A stretch of DNA of 64,000 bases, from the NCBI RefSeq assembly GCF_030684315.1, contig NC_081373.1, positions 25,459,989 through 25,523,988 of the forward strand, given 5' to 3'. The number at the start of each line of letters is the position of its first letter. Positions within the stretch are counted from its first letter, which is position 1. Origin of the DNA: Stegostoma tigrinum (lineage: Eukaryota). Positions 62,247 through 64,000 of the stretch are shown piece after piece. The notes beneath the pieces were generated by a model. That model did no database searches and was not told where the DNA came from. It worked only from the letters and a program-made list of their open reading frames with translations. A program made the translations under genes and the position numbers.

Positions 62247-64000
62247 GTAATGCACACACATAGAGATGTGCTGGGGCTCTGTCTTTTACGTTTGCTGGAG
62301 AGGAACGTTCGGAAAACAGGGGAAAATAAGAAAATAAACTGATTTTGCAATCAAGAGAGGGACGGAAAAGGGAAAGGGGGAAAAAAGAAGCACTTTTTTC
62401 ATGACTTGTTGAGAAGGGCTGAGGGATTTCCTGGTGAGATGTAAATGTTTTACTGCGGGAGCTCGGAGTTAATAGATTGAGTGCGAACAGTAGAAGGGGC
62501 TGGCATATACGGCAATGGCAGATTTTAGTGAAAAGACACAATCCATGCTGTACATTTTCACCCCTCACTCCATTTTGACCTTTTTTTCTCGTTTATGATG
62601 GAGGGGGCTGGGTGGGTTGTTGGTGGCGGTGTTTGATGGCGAAGAGGCTGTAGGTGTGCTGTTATTTAAATTGAGATGTTGTGCATTGACATCACGTACT
62701 GATTTCCCAGCCTAAAGAACCTTTTCTTTCGGGACTGTGCGGTGACACAGGGATTTAATGCAGTGGAAAAGACCCTGACATATTACGTCCAACTAGTGAT
62801 ACTGGATCTGTCAGAAATAACGCGTCTGTTTGCGTTTAATATGTATTTCTGTGTGTAGACTGTCCAGACCCAGTTTGTATTAGAGATGTGCACATTATCG
62901 ATTTACTGGGCAGCCTAAAGGGTGCTAAATGACTGTGTATGTTGTTTGCGAGAGGGTACGGCGTATGGGAGCCTCGCTTCACACTTGGCATCTCTCGATC
63001 GCCCTAAGCTCCCTGTTAACCATCTTATTCAACGGTTGGTTTGCATTAGAAGTTGGGGGTGGGGGTATTCATCGGTGTAATCTTCGCGCCACTGATTTCT
63101 AAGAAATGTTCTGTATTTGCATTTCATTTTTTTAAAAAAATGCAAAACCACCTCATTAACGAGCTGCAGTATGCCTGAGACCGAGAAGAGCTTTTCCTTG
63201 CATTGAACTATCTGCACATCAGTGCCCGTCACATCAGGACAATCTGAACTACACTGGGTTCTTGTCTTATTCTCTTTTTTTTTAAAGCGGGGTCGTTGTG
63301 TTTCATATCAATGCCCTTCAAAACAAAAATTAAAAACACAGTAGTGAATCCATTTGGCAATTCCTGCAGGGAAATCCGATTCAATGTATAGTAGTCACTT
63401 TATCTGGTTGTAATGCGAACGTAAGCATGTTTGTGTTTATTTTGTTGAGGGGGTTACATTGATATGACCGCGGTGGACTGTTAACTGAGGCTTTATTATT
63501 TCCCTTATGATAGCATTTGTTCCTGTTGGACACATATGAAAGCGCAGCGTTTTAATACCGCTGAAGATGCGTTGAATTTCAAGCTAATATTTTGCATTGC
63601 TTCGGCTGTTAGATTTATTTTCCCTCCGTGAGTGTGTTCTGGCCATTTGGAAATACGCAGTGCTTTGTGTAAGCAGAATTGGTCAGGAAAGATTGGCATG
63701 AGCAGAGGCTGAATCGCTGAACAAGAAAAGCCCGTCTGTTACGTTTATATTCACATAACATTTTAGCACATTACAGTTTCTCTATCTGACGTTAGAGGGC
63801 ACAGGTCTCCGGAAACTCCGATGGAGAGAGCTCAGTGTTTTACGCACGTTTCTGTTTTTGCAATGCTAAAGGTGAAAGCATGAAATTTGCATTGCTTTTG
63901 GGGATGGTGGGTATGCAAATTAGAGGGACATGCAGACGATCGTATGATAAATCGGCAGTACACACTGGTATTGAGTTTGTATGAAATCCTCCTGGCCTTG

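Noticed and set aside
61939-62568. 209-aa minus-strand ORF overlapping the GRK5 first exon
   Set aside because: No recognisable domain; long open frames are expected by chance in a GC-rich promoter.

Overview
Repeat-rich vertebrate genomic DNA, almost certainly a cartilaginous fish (shark): it carries HE1/V-SINE-like and SacSINE1/DeuSINE-like SINEs, CR1, L2, Rex1/Babar and Penelope elements. Three spliced genes are supported. PRDX3 (minus strand; six coding exons from ATG 16498 to 4267; the last exon was not found and is probably left of the window). A complete four-exon LSM1 (plus strand, 16727-33673, 133 aa) sits head-to-head with PRDX3, with 228 bp between the ATGs. The first coding exon of a GRK5-type kinase is at 62195-62246. 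Most notable observations: (1) about 15 degenerate ~64-bp tandem copies of the LSM1 exon 1 end plus its 5' splice site, forming an array of potential decoy donors behind an in-frame stop. (2) LSM1 lies between PRDX3 and GRK5, the FGFR2/BAG3 side of the paralogon, rather than at its mammalian FGFR1/BAG4 position. (3) Many Penelope-type short elements of at least four families carry minimal hammerhead ribozyme cores, often as foldback insertions with clean target-site duplications, including a nested palindrome in LSM1 intron 1. Nearly all ORFs in the supplied track are repeat-derived or spurious. Family names and cross-species comparisons come from recall, not database searches.
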